Notes under the pieces: model-generated
Database searches by the model: none
What the model was told of the DNA's origin: nothing
What the model saw: only the letters and a program-made list of their open reading frames with translations
Assembly: GCA_964527545.1 (NCBI GenBank)
Contig: CAZGQF010000001.1
Span: 148,019-212,018, forward strand
DNA from: Candidatus Undinarchaeota archaeon
GTDB taxonomy: Archaea; SpSt-1190; DYHY01; CAZGQF01
Direction: 5' to 3'
DNA: 64,000 nt
Part shown: positions 47,401 to 55,911 of the stretch, piece after piece
Layout: every line of letters starts with the position of its first letter
How positions within the stretch are numbered: position 1 is the stretch's first letter
Position numbers and translations under genes: made by a program

Positions 47401-48838
47401 CCTGGAGGGGAGCGTGCCCGACAGGTACCAGATGTGGTGGCACGGGACAGTCAACCTCAACGAGAGCGCCAAGACGGGCGTGGCCTGGGTCTTCCTGCCG
47501 GAGACTGACTTCGTGACGCTTCCCTCGACCGGCGGGACCATCAACCTCAAGCTCTACTGCATCGACCAGACAAGCTCCCCGCTCAACTCCCTCTCGACCA
47601 CAGACTTCAAGATCTCCAATGTCAAGAGCGAGACGGGGAGCGCAGTGGGCGGCTGGAGCCAGGGGACTGTCACTTTCGAAGGCGACGGCATCTACAAAAT
47701 ACCTATCACGTTCTCCTCCCTCCCTGAGGGCGAAAACCTCTTCCTAAGGGGGAACTGGAAAGAGCTGAACAAGGAGATCGACTTCGGCGCCTCTTTCTTC
47801 GTCAACTCGTCAGATCCATACGCCCCCGCGCCAGACAACCCCTACGTGCCAGGCTCTCCGGCGGCCGGCCTTGAGTGTGAGCTGGAGTGCAGGGGAGAGG
47901 GCGGCTGGTCTTCACTCGGCCCCCTCCCCCAGAACGACAGCGACACTCTCGCGACCTTCTCACTCGACTCCTGCGTCTCCACACAGGCCATCGCCAACGA
48001 CATCCACACCCGCTTCAACTGCACCAACCACTTCTCCGACAACGCAACGCTCTACGTCGACTACGCCAACGTCAGCGTCGGCTATGTCGGCGAGGAGAGC
48101 TGGAATGAACTGAACGAGACAGACCTCTGCGGCTACGGGGCGATAATGGTGGGAGAGCACGAGAGCTCGCTCGACGCGGCGCTCCTCGACTTCCTCGACG
48201 ACTGCGGCTGCGTGATGCTTGTGGGAGAGGCGGCCGCCTCCGCCCCTGTCTCTCTCGGATACGCCAACTCGAGCTTCTCAGGGCTCAACTCCACGCTCTA
48301 CGTGGTCGACGACTCAAACTACGTGACGGCCAACTACTCCAACTCCTCGCTCGTCTCCGTCTACTCGCAAAGCGACATGATGTGGGGGTCGGACGCAGAC
48401 GGCGTTCTCGCCACCGCCGAGGGCAACACTCTCGGCGAGGACGGCAGATTGATGTACTACGGCGTCAGGACGCAGCACCTCTCTTCAGACGGAAACAACA
48501 CTCTGACCCGCTTCGTGGACAGGTGCCTCTCCAAGTCGGTTACGCCAGGCACTCTCGAAGAGAAGAGCGATTTCAGGAAAAACGAGGTCATCGTCTACCG
48601 CATCTCCCTCAGAGACCAGGGCCTCTCTCCCGCAGACTCAAGCGACGTCGACTCGTGGGTCTGGATGGCGAACGGGACGCTGGCCTACCAGAGACTCGAT
48701 GCCTCGACGTCCGGGGGCGCCCTCCAGGAGAGCTACACCATTCCCTCCAGCGGGCCGTCCGGGACGTGGACAGTCAACGCGACCGCCGCAGGGCCGTACT
48801 CCTCTGTCCAGAACTCCACGACATTCGAGGTCGCATAG
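44495..48838 (+). CDS. giant (1447 aa) pilin-headed surface protein / putative adhesin, N-glycosylation sequon-rich
   Basis: N-terminus MKVMRA/QAALEYLVIVGMMLAILIPAF is a class III signal peptide. The rest is low in charged and high in S/T/N/D/G residues, with dozens of N-x-S/T sequons. No TM elsewhere. Confidence 0.6.
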   Translation: MKVMRAQAALEYLVIVGMMLAILIPAFWYSLRTSQQTLDLRQTKDAAQKVARTADTVYALGPGSRMYARIRLPATVEDEQVGNNTVLFRVDVGQGPQDIFELTKGDVIGVLPEERGEHRVLVKMLESGIVQIGEAISLSPDPFEATIAPGAWNDSLFNLSSNVDYTVFSLSPSISGEIESWGVIGAADALVSSLSPYGWDLFDLNISVPPSQAAGTYDGTLLVSSNQSEATSAIQITVPSVLNYLFIDIYGYEMVGDIGFVVSGDHLSQDEREVLDWLESEESGEGYLWDYDIISDSPPSSLRNHSAVPQSWEATSGGSGYSEVVSSDDIYATATVAQYATENLTVHFPPLGLEKDPDSVNFTAEYRMSATAGSPSQGESQVDSMDDVSDWSEEYGATNGDFTTDSGTKQEGTASMEISYDFPAPGPSSSEELTDGGSISGPSSGRITGGDHTDTHSTTDGDYYYLGYEVNGNWRRRNGWMELEYDISSLGIDPSDLTDITLDADFCHSGDETSPACGQGDAMEGFLWGSQLVQVYDHANSEWDSLGSLSVNTGSDAEQSGSWSASSPLSNYVSGSDTVDVRFEVDFYLAWTYDAVLLLDYVPLSLTWSGGSETLDEYVIKKSFSQEDWTGSQNLSVWVYGDANGEDITLNITDSGGGSYEWTPLDVNWSGWQWKKFDLSGTSGVDLSSVNGVKIKLEETAAGDNPSGTLYLDDLRRFYTAGGGNFFCDLLCHDGSSWTEVAPGLAQTSDTTQLWDVTACLSTKEEANDADLKFSCYNEISSGQTFYLDYSRLDASYLGLASGDAESWNTSTGDSGSSEIQSSNDVYADEEITPEGTEKLEIDFPDLGVTGAPFSVNTTVEYRYSDVAEGGREGGSDVVDYLNLFPSDNPVNVQLNQPFNLTVTLWDQQGDPVSGKESYFSVNSIKDDNGAAAAFSTQPALESEPGKYAIEITMTSGNDGATYYVNGEYLEGSVPDRYQMWWHGTVNLNESAKTGVAWVFLPETDFVTLPSTGGTINLKLYCIDQTSSPLNSLSTTDFKISNVKSETGSAVGGWSQGTVTFEGDGIYKIPITFSSLPEGENLFLRGNWKELNKEIDFGASFFVNSSDPYAPAPDNPYVPGSPAAGLECELECRGEGGWSSLGPLPQNDSDTLATFSLDSCVSTQAIANDIHTRFNCTNHFSDNATLYVDYANVSVGYVGEESWNELNETDLCGYGAIMVGEHESSLDAALLDFLDDCGCVMLVGEAAASAPVSLGYANSSFSGLNSTLYVVDDSNYVTANYSNSSLVSVYSQSDMMWGSDADGVLATAEGNTLGEDGRLMYYGVRTQHLSSDGNNTLTRFVDRCLSKSVTPGTLEEKSDFRKNEVIVYRISLRDQGLSPADSSDVDSWVWMANGTLAYQRLDASTSGGALQESYTIPSSGPSGTWTVNATAAGPYSSVQNSTTFEVA

Positions 48839-48874
48839 AACATCAGATAAATATCAGCGGAGAGTCTCCCTGGC

Positions 48875-49252
48875 ATGGCAGGACAGAGCTCTCTTGAAAG
48901 CTTGGTCAGCATAGGGTTCATGCTCTTCCTCTTCACCTCCACCCTTGCAGTCGCCTACCAGAAGGAAAGGGAGACATCGCGAGTTGGGGAGTTCCTGGCC
49001 AACCGGACCGACTGCGACGCAATCGCCCTTGAGGTGGCCGCGGTCTTCACGAGCGGGGAAGGAACGAGGACCGTCAGGAAGATCGGCAGGAGAGCGGAGG
49101 TCTACGGCGATGCAGGCCAGATAGTGGTGGGCGACGTCTTCTGCCTGACCATTGCCAACGTCACCAACGGCACCCACAGCAGCTTCACGCTGGAGGAGGG
49201 CGAAGTGGAGATCCTCTCCCTTGGCAGGGAGGTGAGAGTAAGGAATGTCTAG
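48875..49252 (+). CDS. minor pilin-like protein (class III signal peptide MAG/QSSLESLVSIGFMLFLF)
   Basis: 125 aa. Prepilin-like N-terminus with Q+1 and E+5. Confidence 0.5.
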   Translation: MAGQSSLESLVSIGFMLFLFTSTLAVAYQKERETSRVGEFLANRTDCDAIALEVAAVFTSGEGTRTVRKIGRRAEVYGDAGQIVVGDVFCLTIANVTNGTHSSFTLEEGEVEILSLGREVRVRNV

Positions 49253-49718
49253 GGGACAGTCCGTGATGCTCGACTTCCTGCTGGCCGCCTTCGTCTTCAG
49301 CGTCGTCTTCTCAGCAGTGATGCTCTCCCTCCGCAACGTCCAGGAGACCTTCGACGCGGAAGAGAGGAGGTGGAGGATACAGAGGGGTGCCATACAGGCG
49401 GCCGACGTCCTTGTGAAGAGCAGGGGTGTGCCCTTCAACTGGAATGAAAGAGAGACAAGGCTTCCCGGCCTCAAGTCGATGGGGCGTTCCCTGGAGAGCG
49501 GCAAGCTCTCCGCCTTCGAAGGCCTCGACTATGAGGAGACGAAGGAGATGCTCGGGCTGGAAGGCCTGGAGTACAGAGTAGAAGTGAAGGGCAACGAGAC
49601 CTCCATGAGCATGGGAAGGCCGGAGAGCGGCGACCTGCGCGTCGCATCGACAAGGGTAGCCCTCCATAACGGCGAGCCCGTCTTCCTCAAAGTCACAGTC
49701 TGGGAGGGTAAAGGATGA
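49245..49718 (+). CDS. minor pilin-like protein (MSRG/QSVMLDFLLAAFVFSVVF)
   Basis: 157 aa. Overlaps the upstream gene by 8 nt. Prepilin-like N-terminus. Confidence 0.5.
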   Translation: MSRGQSVMLDFLLAAFVFSVVFSAVMLSLRNVQETFDAEERRWRIQRGAIQAADVLVKSRGVPFNWNERETRLPGLKSMGRSLESGKLSAFEGLDYEETKEMLGLEGLEYRVEVKGNETSMSMGRPESGDLRVASTRVALHNGEPVFLKVTVWEGKG

Positions 49719-50158
49719 GCAGGGGCTATGTCTTCAGCTACGACGCGGCGCTGGGGACGCTCCTCGCCATAATCATACTCTGGGCGGTCCTCTGGGAGCT
49801 CCGACTGCCCGGCGTCCTCTCGGAGGTCCAGGTCGTGCGGAGGGCCAACGACGCCCTCGAGGTCCTCATAGAGGGTGGGACCATGGAAAGCATGGAAGAA
49901 GGGACGATTGAGGAGGGGATGGAAAAGCTCCTCCCCCGGAACTACCGCTTTCGCCTCCTCGTCTCTTCCCACTCCCACTCTGGCAGCGGCTTCGAAGTTG
50001 AAGAGAGCGTGAGCGTGGGAGATAATCTGCCGCTGGAGAGGCTCGACCCAGAGACCGCGACGCCGCTCCCCTTCAGAACGGAGAGGACTTTCGTGACCCT
50101 CTCCGGCAACGAAATAGAGTCCTACCACCGGGCGACGATGTGGGTGTGGCTGGAATGA
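49715..50158 (+). CDS. minor pilin-like protein (MSRG/YVFSYDAALGTLLAIIIL)
   Basis: 147 aa. ATGA overlap with the upstream gene. Prepilin-like N-terminus. Confidence 0.45.
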   Translation: MSRGYVFSYDAALGTLLAIIILWAVLWELRLPGVLSEVQVVRRANDALEVLIEGGTMESMEEGTIEEGMEKLLPRNYRFRLLVSSHSHSGSGFEVEESVSVGDNLPLERLDPETATPLPFRTERTFVTLSGNEIESYHRATMWVWLE

Positions 50159-50952
50159 GCAGGGGTATACTCTTCACAGTCAGCCTTACTCTCATCTCGC
50201 TGGTCGTCTTCTCCTTCGCCTCCACGATAATGGGCGGCTACGAAGAGAAGCGGGGAGAGGAGGCCCAGCTTTTGGTCGTGGAGAGGGTGGGCAGGACTTA
50301 CGACAACCTCGAATGGAACGTGAGGGAGATCTTCTCCACCAGCGGTGTGGAGACCGCCTTCTACGGAGACGTGGTCTCTTTCACTGAAGAGCTCCCCAAC
50401 GAAGAGTCCGTTGACTTCGTCCAGAACGTCGAGCGCTACGCGGAGTTTGCGGAGAAAAAGGGCGTCGATCTGGAGACGGACGAGATGACGGAGTATCTCA
50501 CCCTCAGGGTGGAGCCATACGGAGGCCTCTACTCGCACGAAGACTATGGCGGCAATGATCTCTTCTTCAGCTCCCCCCAGACTCCAGAGCTCTACCGATT
50601 CCACATCACCCTCTCAGACGGCGGCCTCCAGCGGATAGACTGGGATCCGTACGAGTCGGGAAGCCTCCCCGTCAACATCTATGTCCAGGGACAGCAGTCC
50701 GGAAACGAAACAAGGCTTATTAACCCCTCTGGGCTCACTGTGGCAAACGTAACGCTTAACGGCAACAGGGGGGTCATAAGCATCCGTTTTGAGGGCGGGA
50801 ACATGACAGCGACCAGCTACGTCAGCAGCACTGTGGAGATTCAGACCAACGTTACAGTGGATGAAGTCTCCAAAATCGTCCTCCCTGGAGCGCTGAAAGT
50901 GTGGGTGCCCGGGACGGGGGCCAGCAGGAACAGCACTGCGAGGGTGGTGTGA
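50140..50952 (+). CDS. minor pilin-like protein (MSRG/ILFTVSLTLISLVVFSF), sequon-rich
   Basis: 270 aa. Overlaps the upstream gene by 19 nt. Prepilin-like N-terminus. Confidence 0.45.
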   Translation: MGVAGMSRGILFTVSLTLISLVVFSFASTIMGGYEEKRGEEAQLLVVERVGRTYDNLEWNVREIFSTSGVETAFYGDVVSFTEELPNEESVDFVQNVERYAEFAEKKGVDLETDEMTEYLTLRVEPYGGLYSHEDYGGNDLFFSSPQTPELYRFHITLSDGGLQRIDWDPYESGSLPVNIYVQGQQSGNETRLINPSGLTVANVTLNGNRGVISIRFEGGNMTATSYVSSTVEIQTNVTVDEVSKIVLPGALKVWVPGTGASRNSTARVV

Positions 50953-52544
50953 TGGCCAACTCCAAGAAGAGGGAGAACCTGGAGAAGCTGAAGGAGGGGA
51001 TCAAGGATGAGCCCTCCGGTAAAAGCGGATTCAGGCTCGAGAAGCTCTTCGACATAGGGACCTATGCAAGCCTCGTGGAGAGGTTCACCTCACACGAGGA
51101 GCCGGACCCGAAACCCAGGAAGCTGAAGCTGAAAGAGACGGTAGAGAACTTCTTCGACAAGAACGCAAAACCCACCATAGAGGCGGTCGAGTCAGGGAGG
51201 TTCGACAAGGAGGAGCTTGAGGAGCTTCTAGATCACGAGAGAGAAAACAAAGAAAGGAAGACCGTTTTGGGGGTGATAGAGTCGAAGCTGGGGGAGATGG
51301 AGACCGTCGAGGACTTCTTCGACAAGAACGCTAAGCCCACCATAGAGGCGGTCGAGTCAGGGAGGTTCGACAAGGAGGAGCTAGAAGAGCTTCTAGAGCA
51401 CGAAAAAGAAGAGAAAGAGAGAAAGACAGTCGTCTCGGCGATAGAGTCGAAGCTGGAGGAGATGGAGACCGTCGAGGACTTCTTCGACAAGAATGCGGAG
51501 CCCACCATAGAGGCGGTCGAGTCAGGGAGGTTCGACAGAAAAGAGCTGAAAGAGCTGCTTGAACACGAGAGGGAGGGGAAGGAGAGAAAGACAGTCGTCT
51601 CGGCGATAGAGTCGAAGCTGGGGGAGATGGAGACCGTCGAGGACTTCTTCGACAAGAACGCTAAGCAGATCATAGAGGCCGTGGAGGGGGGCAGGTTCAG
51701 CGACGAGGAGCTCGAAGAATTGCTGAGGCACGAGAGAGAGGGGAAGGAGAGAAAGACCGTTTTGGGGGTGATAGAGGCGGTCATCGGCGAGCTGCCCCCT
51801 GAAGCTGAAGAGAGAATTGGCAGGATACGCTACCAGGTCGAAGTGGAGAGGGGGAGGAGAGAAGGCAAGACGGAAGTCGAAGTCGTTGACATCGAGGAGA
51901 GAGAAGAGTGGCGCGGGGGCATAGGCGGCCACAAGGCAGAGGTCGCAGAGGAAGGGAAAGAGAACTTCGTCGCGCGGATCTTCGAGGAAAGAAAAGAGAG
52001 AAAGGAAGGTCTCCTCTCCAAGCTGGTCAGAAAGGTGAAGAGTCTCTTCGGCCTCCCCAAGGAAGAAAAGGAAGAGCTCGAGGAGGTGGAAGGGGGGATC
52101 ATCAGGCCGGGCGCGGAGGTGGTGGTCAAGCTCGAGGAGGTTGAGGGCTGGGAGGAGAGCGGCAGGAAGAGTGAAGGCGTGGAGGAGCAAGGAGAGAGGG
52201 CTGAGGTAGGAGAGTCGTCAAAACAGGAGGCAGAATGTGCTGATGAACAGGCGAACAGGAGAAAGGTGGAGGAGTGGGACGTCAGCGACATCTCCCTCTC
52301 TGAAGCGAGCGAGAAGCTGGTCACTGGGATCGACAAGCTTTTCTTCATAGTCAAGAAAAAGGAAGGGGTGGGGCTCGAGGCGGCGGCCGGAATGCTGGGC
52401 GTTACGCGCGGCAAAGTAGACGAATGGGCAAAGATACTGGAAGACGAGGGGCTCATCACAATTCACTATCCGGCGGTGGGCGAGCCCAAGCTGGTCCCAA
52501 AGAACGAGACAAGGGGTGGGAGCCACGAAATCGAAGGAGATTGA
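50952..52544 (+). CDS. cytoplasmic repeat protein (4.x copies of a 55-aa K/E-rich repeat) with C-terminal winged-helix-like domain
   Basis: ATG at 50952 overlaps the upstream TGA. Repeats ETVEDFFDKNAKPTIEAVESGRFDKEELEELLEHEREGKERKTVVSAIESKLGEM. C-terminus VTGIDKLFFIVKKKEGVGLEAAAGMLGVTRGKVDEWAKILEDEGLITIHYP. No TM. Confidence 0.5.
   Translation: MANSKKRENLEKLKEGIKDEPSGKSGFRLEKLFDIGTYASLVERFTSHEEPDPKPRKLKLKETVENFFDKNAKPTIEAVESGRFDKEELEELLDHERENKERKTVLGVIESKLGEMETVEDFFDKNAKPTIEAVESGRFDKEELEELLEHEKEEKERKTVVSAIESKLEEMETVEDFFDKNAEPTIEAVESGRFDRKELKELLEHEREGKERKTVVSAIESKLGEMETVEDFFDKNAKQIIEAVEGGRFSDEELEELLRHEREGKERKTVLGVIEAVIGELPPEAEERIGRIRYQVEVERGRREGKTEVEVVDIEEREEWRGGIGGHKAEVAEEGKENFVARIFEERKERKEGLLSKLVRKVKSLFGLPKEEKEELEEVEGGIIRPGAEVVVKLEEVEGWEESGRKSEGVEEQGERAEVGESSKQEAECADEQANRRKVEEWDVSDISLSEASEKLVTGIDKLFFIVKKKEGVGLEAAAGMLGVTRGKVDEWAKILEDEGLITIHYPAVGEPKLVPKNETRGGSHEIEGD
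51136..51795. repeat. 165-bp tandem direct repeat, 4 full copies plus a partial (51136, 51301, 51466, 51631)
   Basis: agaccgtcgaggacttcttcgacaagaa recurs exactly every 165 bp. Copies are about 85-95% identical, in-frame and coding. Confidence 0.85.
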
Positions 52545-54051
52545 CCGCTACGAGCTCGAGGTCGACAACGTCAAGGCAGAGATAAGAATCGTGGCCGGGG
52601 AAGACCTCGTCACACTCTACAAAGTGACAGTCAAGAAGCCGGACGTTGCCACGCGCGCGCTGCTCAACGAAGTCCGCTCCGAGCTGGTCTCTGAGGTGAG
52701 CTTCGGGGGGAGGGAGATACTCAACCCGGAGGCGATAGAGGAGCTCAAGAAGAAGTTCAAGCAGAAGGCTGAGGAGCTGCTTTCAGAGCACCTTCCCGAC
52801 ATAAAGGAGATCGACAGGGACTTCCTGATAGGCCACCTCCTCCATGAGATGCTCGGGCTCGGGAAGCTGGAGATCATACTGTCCGACCCCGAGCTTGAGG
52901 ACCTCGGCGTCAACTGTGCGGAGGAGCCCATCTGGCTCTACCACAAGAAGTACGGATGGCTGAAGACTGATGTCTACTTGGAGAGCGAGGACGAGATAGA
53001 GAATTTGATGAACATAATCGCCCGCAGGGTGGGGAGGTCGATAACCATCCGGGACCCCCTCCTGGATGCCCACCTCCTGAAAGGCGACCGTGTAAACGCA
53101 ACCCTCTACCCCATCTCCACCAAGGGGAACACCATAACCATCAGGAAGTTCTCGGAGAGGCCCTGGACCATCACAGACTTCCTCCAGAACGGCACGACCA
53201 GCAAGGAGGCCGCGGCCCTCGTCTGGCTGGCCATGCAGTACGAGCTGAACATCCTCATCTCCGGCGGCACCGCCTCCGGCAAGACCAGTTTCCTCAACGT
53301 CTGCATGCCCTTCATACAGCCCAACCACCGCATCGTCTCCATAGAGGACACCCGCGAAATCAAGCTCCCTGATTTCCTCTACTGGACCCCTTTTACCGTG
53401 CGCGAGCCAAACCCTGAGGGAAAGGGCGGAGTAACCATGCTCGAACTCATGGTCAACGCGCTCCGCACCAGGCCGGACAGGATAGTGGTGGGAGAGATAA
53501 GGCGCTCCAGGCAGGCAGAGGTCCTCTTCGAGGCGATGCACACAGGCCACAGCGTCTACTCCACGCTGCACGCCGACACCGCCGCCCAGACGGTGCGCCG
53601 CCTCATAAACCCGCCCATCGAGATACCTGAGACGATGCTGGACTCCGTCCACCTAAACGTGGTCATGTTCAGGGACAGGAGGAGGGGCATCCGCAGGACG
53701 CTGGAGGTTGCCGAGCTGGTCCCCACCGGCGAGATGGGGACGGGCTTCAAGATTAACGACATCTTCAAGTGGAAGCCGCGCGGAGACCGCATAGTCTCCC
53801 ACTCAGACAGCATCAGACTGCTGGAGGAGATAAATCTCCACACCGCAATGACGGAGAAGGAGATAGAAGAGGACATCGAGGAGAAGGAGAGGATTCTCTC
53901 CTGGCTCTCCAGGAACAACATAAAAAACGTCAACGCGGTGGGCAGGACGGTGGCCGAGTACTACAAGGACCACGACATGACAGTCGCCCAGATAGAGAGG
54001 AACGTCTCGCCCGAGAAGCTGCTTGGGGATGAGGTAGAGCTCCATGCCTGA
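52516..54051 (+). CDS. type IV pilus/archaellum assembly ATPase (FlaI/TadA/GspE family)
   Basis: GTG start. Walker A GGTASGKTS, Walker B DRIVVGEIR, His-box TLHAD. N-terminal domain of about 200 aa. Overlaps the downstream membrane gene by 8 nt. Confidence 0.85.
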   Translation: MGATKSKEIDRYELEVDNVKAEIRIVAGEDLVTLYKVTVKKPDVATRALLNEVRSELVSEVSFGGREILNPEAIEELKKKFKQKAEELLSEHLPDIKEIDRDFLIGHLLHEMLGLGKLEIILSDPELEDLGVNCAEEPIWLYHKKYGWLKTDVYLESEDEIENLMNIIARRVGRSITIRDPLLDAHLLKGDRVNATLYPISTKGNTITIRKFSERPWTITDFLQNGTTSKEAAALVWLAMQYELNILISGGTASGKTSFLNVCMPFIQPNHRIVSIEDTREIKLPDFLYWTPFTVREPNPEGKGGVTMLELMVNALRTRPDRIVVGEIRRSRQAEVLFEAMHTGHSVYSTLHADTAAQTVRRLINPPIEIPETMLDSVHLNVVMFRDRRRGIRRTLEVAELVPTGEMGTGFKINDIFKWKPRGDRIVSHSDSIRLLEEINLHTAMTEKEIEEDIEEKERILSWLSRNNIKNVNAVGRTVAEYYKDHDMTVAQIERNVSPEKLLGDEVELHA

Positions 54052-54934
54052 GAGGAAATTCCTGCCAGGCGTCCCCCTTCCGCTGCCTCTCGCCCTGCAA
54101 CTCTCCAAGCCGCTCCTCGGCCTCGCCGAGTCATTGGTAGTCTTCCTCCCCTATTTGAAGCTCAACCTCCAGCAGGCGGAGATAGAGCTCGACCCGCGGG
54201 AGTTCCTGGCAGTGGGGGTGTTCGCCTCTCTTCTCTACTTCCTCGCCTCCGGCTTTATCATCTTCACCTTCAGCTACGTGATGACAGGGGAGGTAATCCT
54301 GTGGCTGCCCGTCGTGGTGGCCCTGCTGTCGGGCGGCGGCGCACTCTTCTACCACCTGGCCGCGCCGCACCTCATCGTCCAGAGGAAGGTCAAGGAGATA
54401 GAGAAGAACCTCCTCTTCAGCATGAGGAGCCTGATGGTCCAGGTATCGAGCGGCGTCCCGCTCTACACCGCCCTCACCACCATAGCCCGCAGCGGATACG
54501 GCAAGGTAAGCGACGAGTTCGCCAAGGCTGTCGACAAGATGGCGACGGGGACACCGCAGGACGTGGCGCTCGGCAAGATAACCCTTGGTAACCCCTCCGT
54601 CTTCTTCCGTAGGGCGATCTGGCAGATAACCAACGGCATGCGCTCCGGCAGCAACATCTCCGAGGTGCTCGACTCCGTGACGGAGAACCTGGCCAGGGAG
54701 CAGTCCATACAGATAAAGAGGTACGGCTCGCAGCTGAACCCCCTCGCCCTGGTCTACATGATAGTAAGCGTCATCGTCCCCGCCCTGGGGATGACCTTCG
54801 TCATAGTGCTCAGCTCCTTCCCTTCGCTGCCCATCCACGAGTACATGCTCTGGGCCTTCCTGGGGCTCCTCGCGGTGGCGCAGTTCATGCTCCTGGGCCT
54901 GATAAAGTCGAGGAGGCCAAACCTGCTGGGGTGA
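54044..54934 (+). CDS. TadB/TadC/FlaJ-like polytopic membrane protein (T2SS-F domain), first half
   Basis: 296 aa. TM-flanked cytoplasmic T2SSF-like domain (LYTALTTIARSGYGKVSDEFAKAVDKMATG...). Confidence 0.75.
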   Translation: MPERKFLPGVPLPLPLALQLSKPLLGLAESLVVFLPYLKLNLQQAEIELDPREFLAVGVFASLLYFLASGFIIFTFSYVMTGEVILWLPVVVALLSGGGALFYHLAAPHLIVQRKVKEIEKNLLFSMRSLMVQVSSGVPLYTALTTIARSGYGKVSDEFAKAVDKMATGTPQDVALGKITLGNPSVFFRRAIWQITNGMRSGSNISEVLDSVTENLAREQSIQIKRYGSQLNPLALVYMIVSVIVPALGMTFVIVLSSFPSLPIHEYMLWAFLGLLAVAQFMLLGLIKSRRPNLLG

Positions 54935-54938
54935 AAGA

Positions 54939-55910
54939 TTGAACTACATAGCAATAGCGAGATGGCTGCCCCCGAAGCTCGGGGAATGGATGAGGAAGTC
55001 TCTTGTCTACGCAGACATCGATGTCAACCCGGAAAAGCTCCTCGGCTTCCTTTCGGTCTTCGGCCTGTCCCTCTCCCTCGCGCTGGCAGCCGACCTCTAT
55101 CTCTTCTTCGGCTTCAACCCCCTGCTAGGCTTCTGCGGCAGTCTCGCCGGATTCTCCCTCCTCTTCTACCTCTTCCTCTTCTTCATGATAGAGAGCAGGT
55201 CCCGCTTCATAGAGAACGTCCTGCCCGACGCCCTCCAGCTGATGAGCAGCAACATAAGGGTGGGCATGACCACCGACAGGGCCTTCCTGCTCAGCGCCCG
55301 CCCCGAGTTCGGACCGCTGGAGAAGGAGATAAGGCGTGTGGGGAAGAAGATCTTTTCGGGAGGCGAGATCGACAAGGAGCTGCTGGCAATGGCAAAGAGG
55401 ATAAGGTCGAACGTCTTCGACAGGACCATCTCCATAATAGTCGAAGGGATCAGGTCGGGCGGCGAGCTGGACAGGATCCTCGTGCAGACCGCCCACGACT
55501 TGAGGCGGCAGGAGAGTGTGAGGAAGGAGATAGAGGCCACCATACTGATGTACTCGGTCCTTGTCTTCATGGGCGTCGGCTTCGCCGCGCCCTTCCTCTT
55601 CGGCGTCTCCAGCTACCTCGCCGAGGTGCTGGGGGAGAGGATGGCCAGCTTCGGCTTCGTGAGGGGGCTTACTCAGACGCTCAACCTGGAAGCGGGCGGC
55701 GCCTCCTTCTCCCCTCAGTCGATAGTGGTCTTCTCTGTCTCATCGCTGACAATGTCAAGCGTCTTCGGGAGCCTCCTGATCGGCCTCATCCAGGAAGGCA
55801 ATGAGAAGGTGGGCGCAAAGTACATACCCGTCTTCCTCACCCTGAGCATCACTCTCTTCTTTTTGACGAGGAAAGTGATGGTAAGCTTCTTCGGACAGCT
55901 CCTCACATGA
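54939..55910 (+). CDS. TadC/FlaJ-like polytopic membrane protein (T2SS-F domain), second half
   Basis: 323 aa. TTG start in the ORF track (alternative ATG at 54990). Second T2SSF-like domain (LQLMSSNIRVGMTTDRAFLLSA...). Different frame from the upstream half. Confidence 0.75.
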   Translation: MNYIAIARWLPPKLGEWMRKSLVYADIDVNPEKLLGFLSVFGLSLSLALAADLYLFFGFNPLLGFCGSLAGFSLLFYLFLFFMIESRSRFIENVLPDALQLMSSNIRVGMTTDRAFLLSARPEFGPLEKEIRRVGKKIFSGGEIDKELLAMAKRIRSNVFDRTISIIVEGIRSGGELDRILVQTAHDLRRQESVRKEIEATILMYSVLVFMGVGFAAPFLFGVSSYLAEVLGERMASFGFVRGLTQTLNLEAGGASFSPQSIVVFSVSSLTMSSVFGSLLIGLIQEGNEKVGAKYIPVFLTLSITLFFLTRKVMVSFFGQLLT

Positions 55911-55911
55911 G

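Noticed and set aside
51233-52459. Minus-strand Ser-rich ORFs (51233-51784, 51522-52190, 51830-52459) over the tandem repeat.
   Set aside because: They are antisense to the in-frame, motif-conserving repeat protein. Repeat periodicity is explained by the plus-strand gene.
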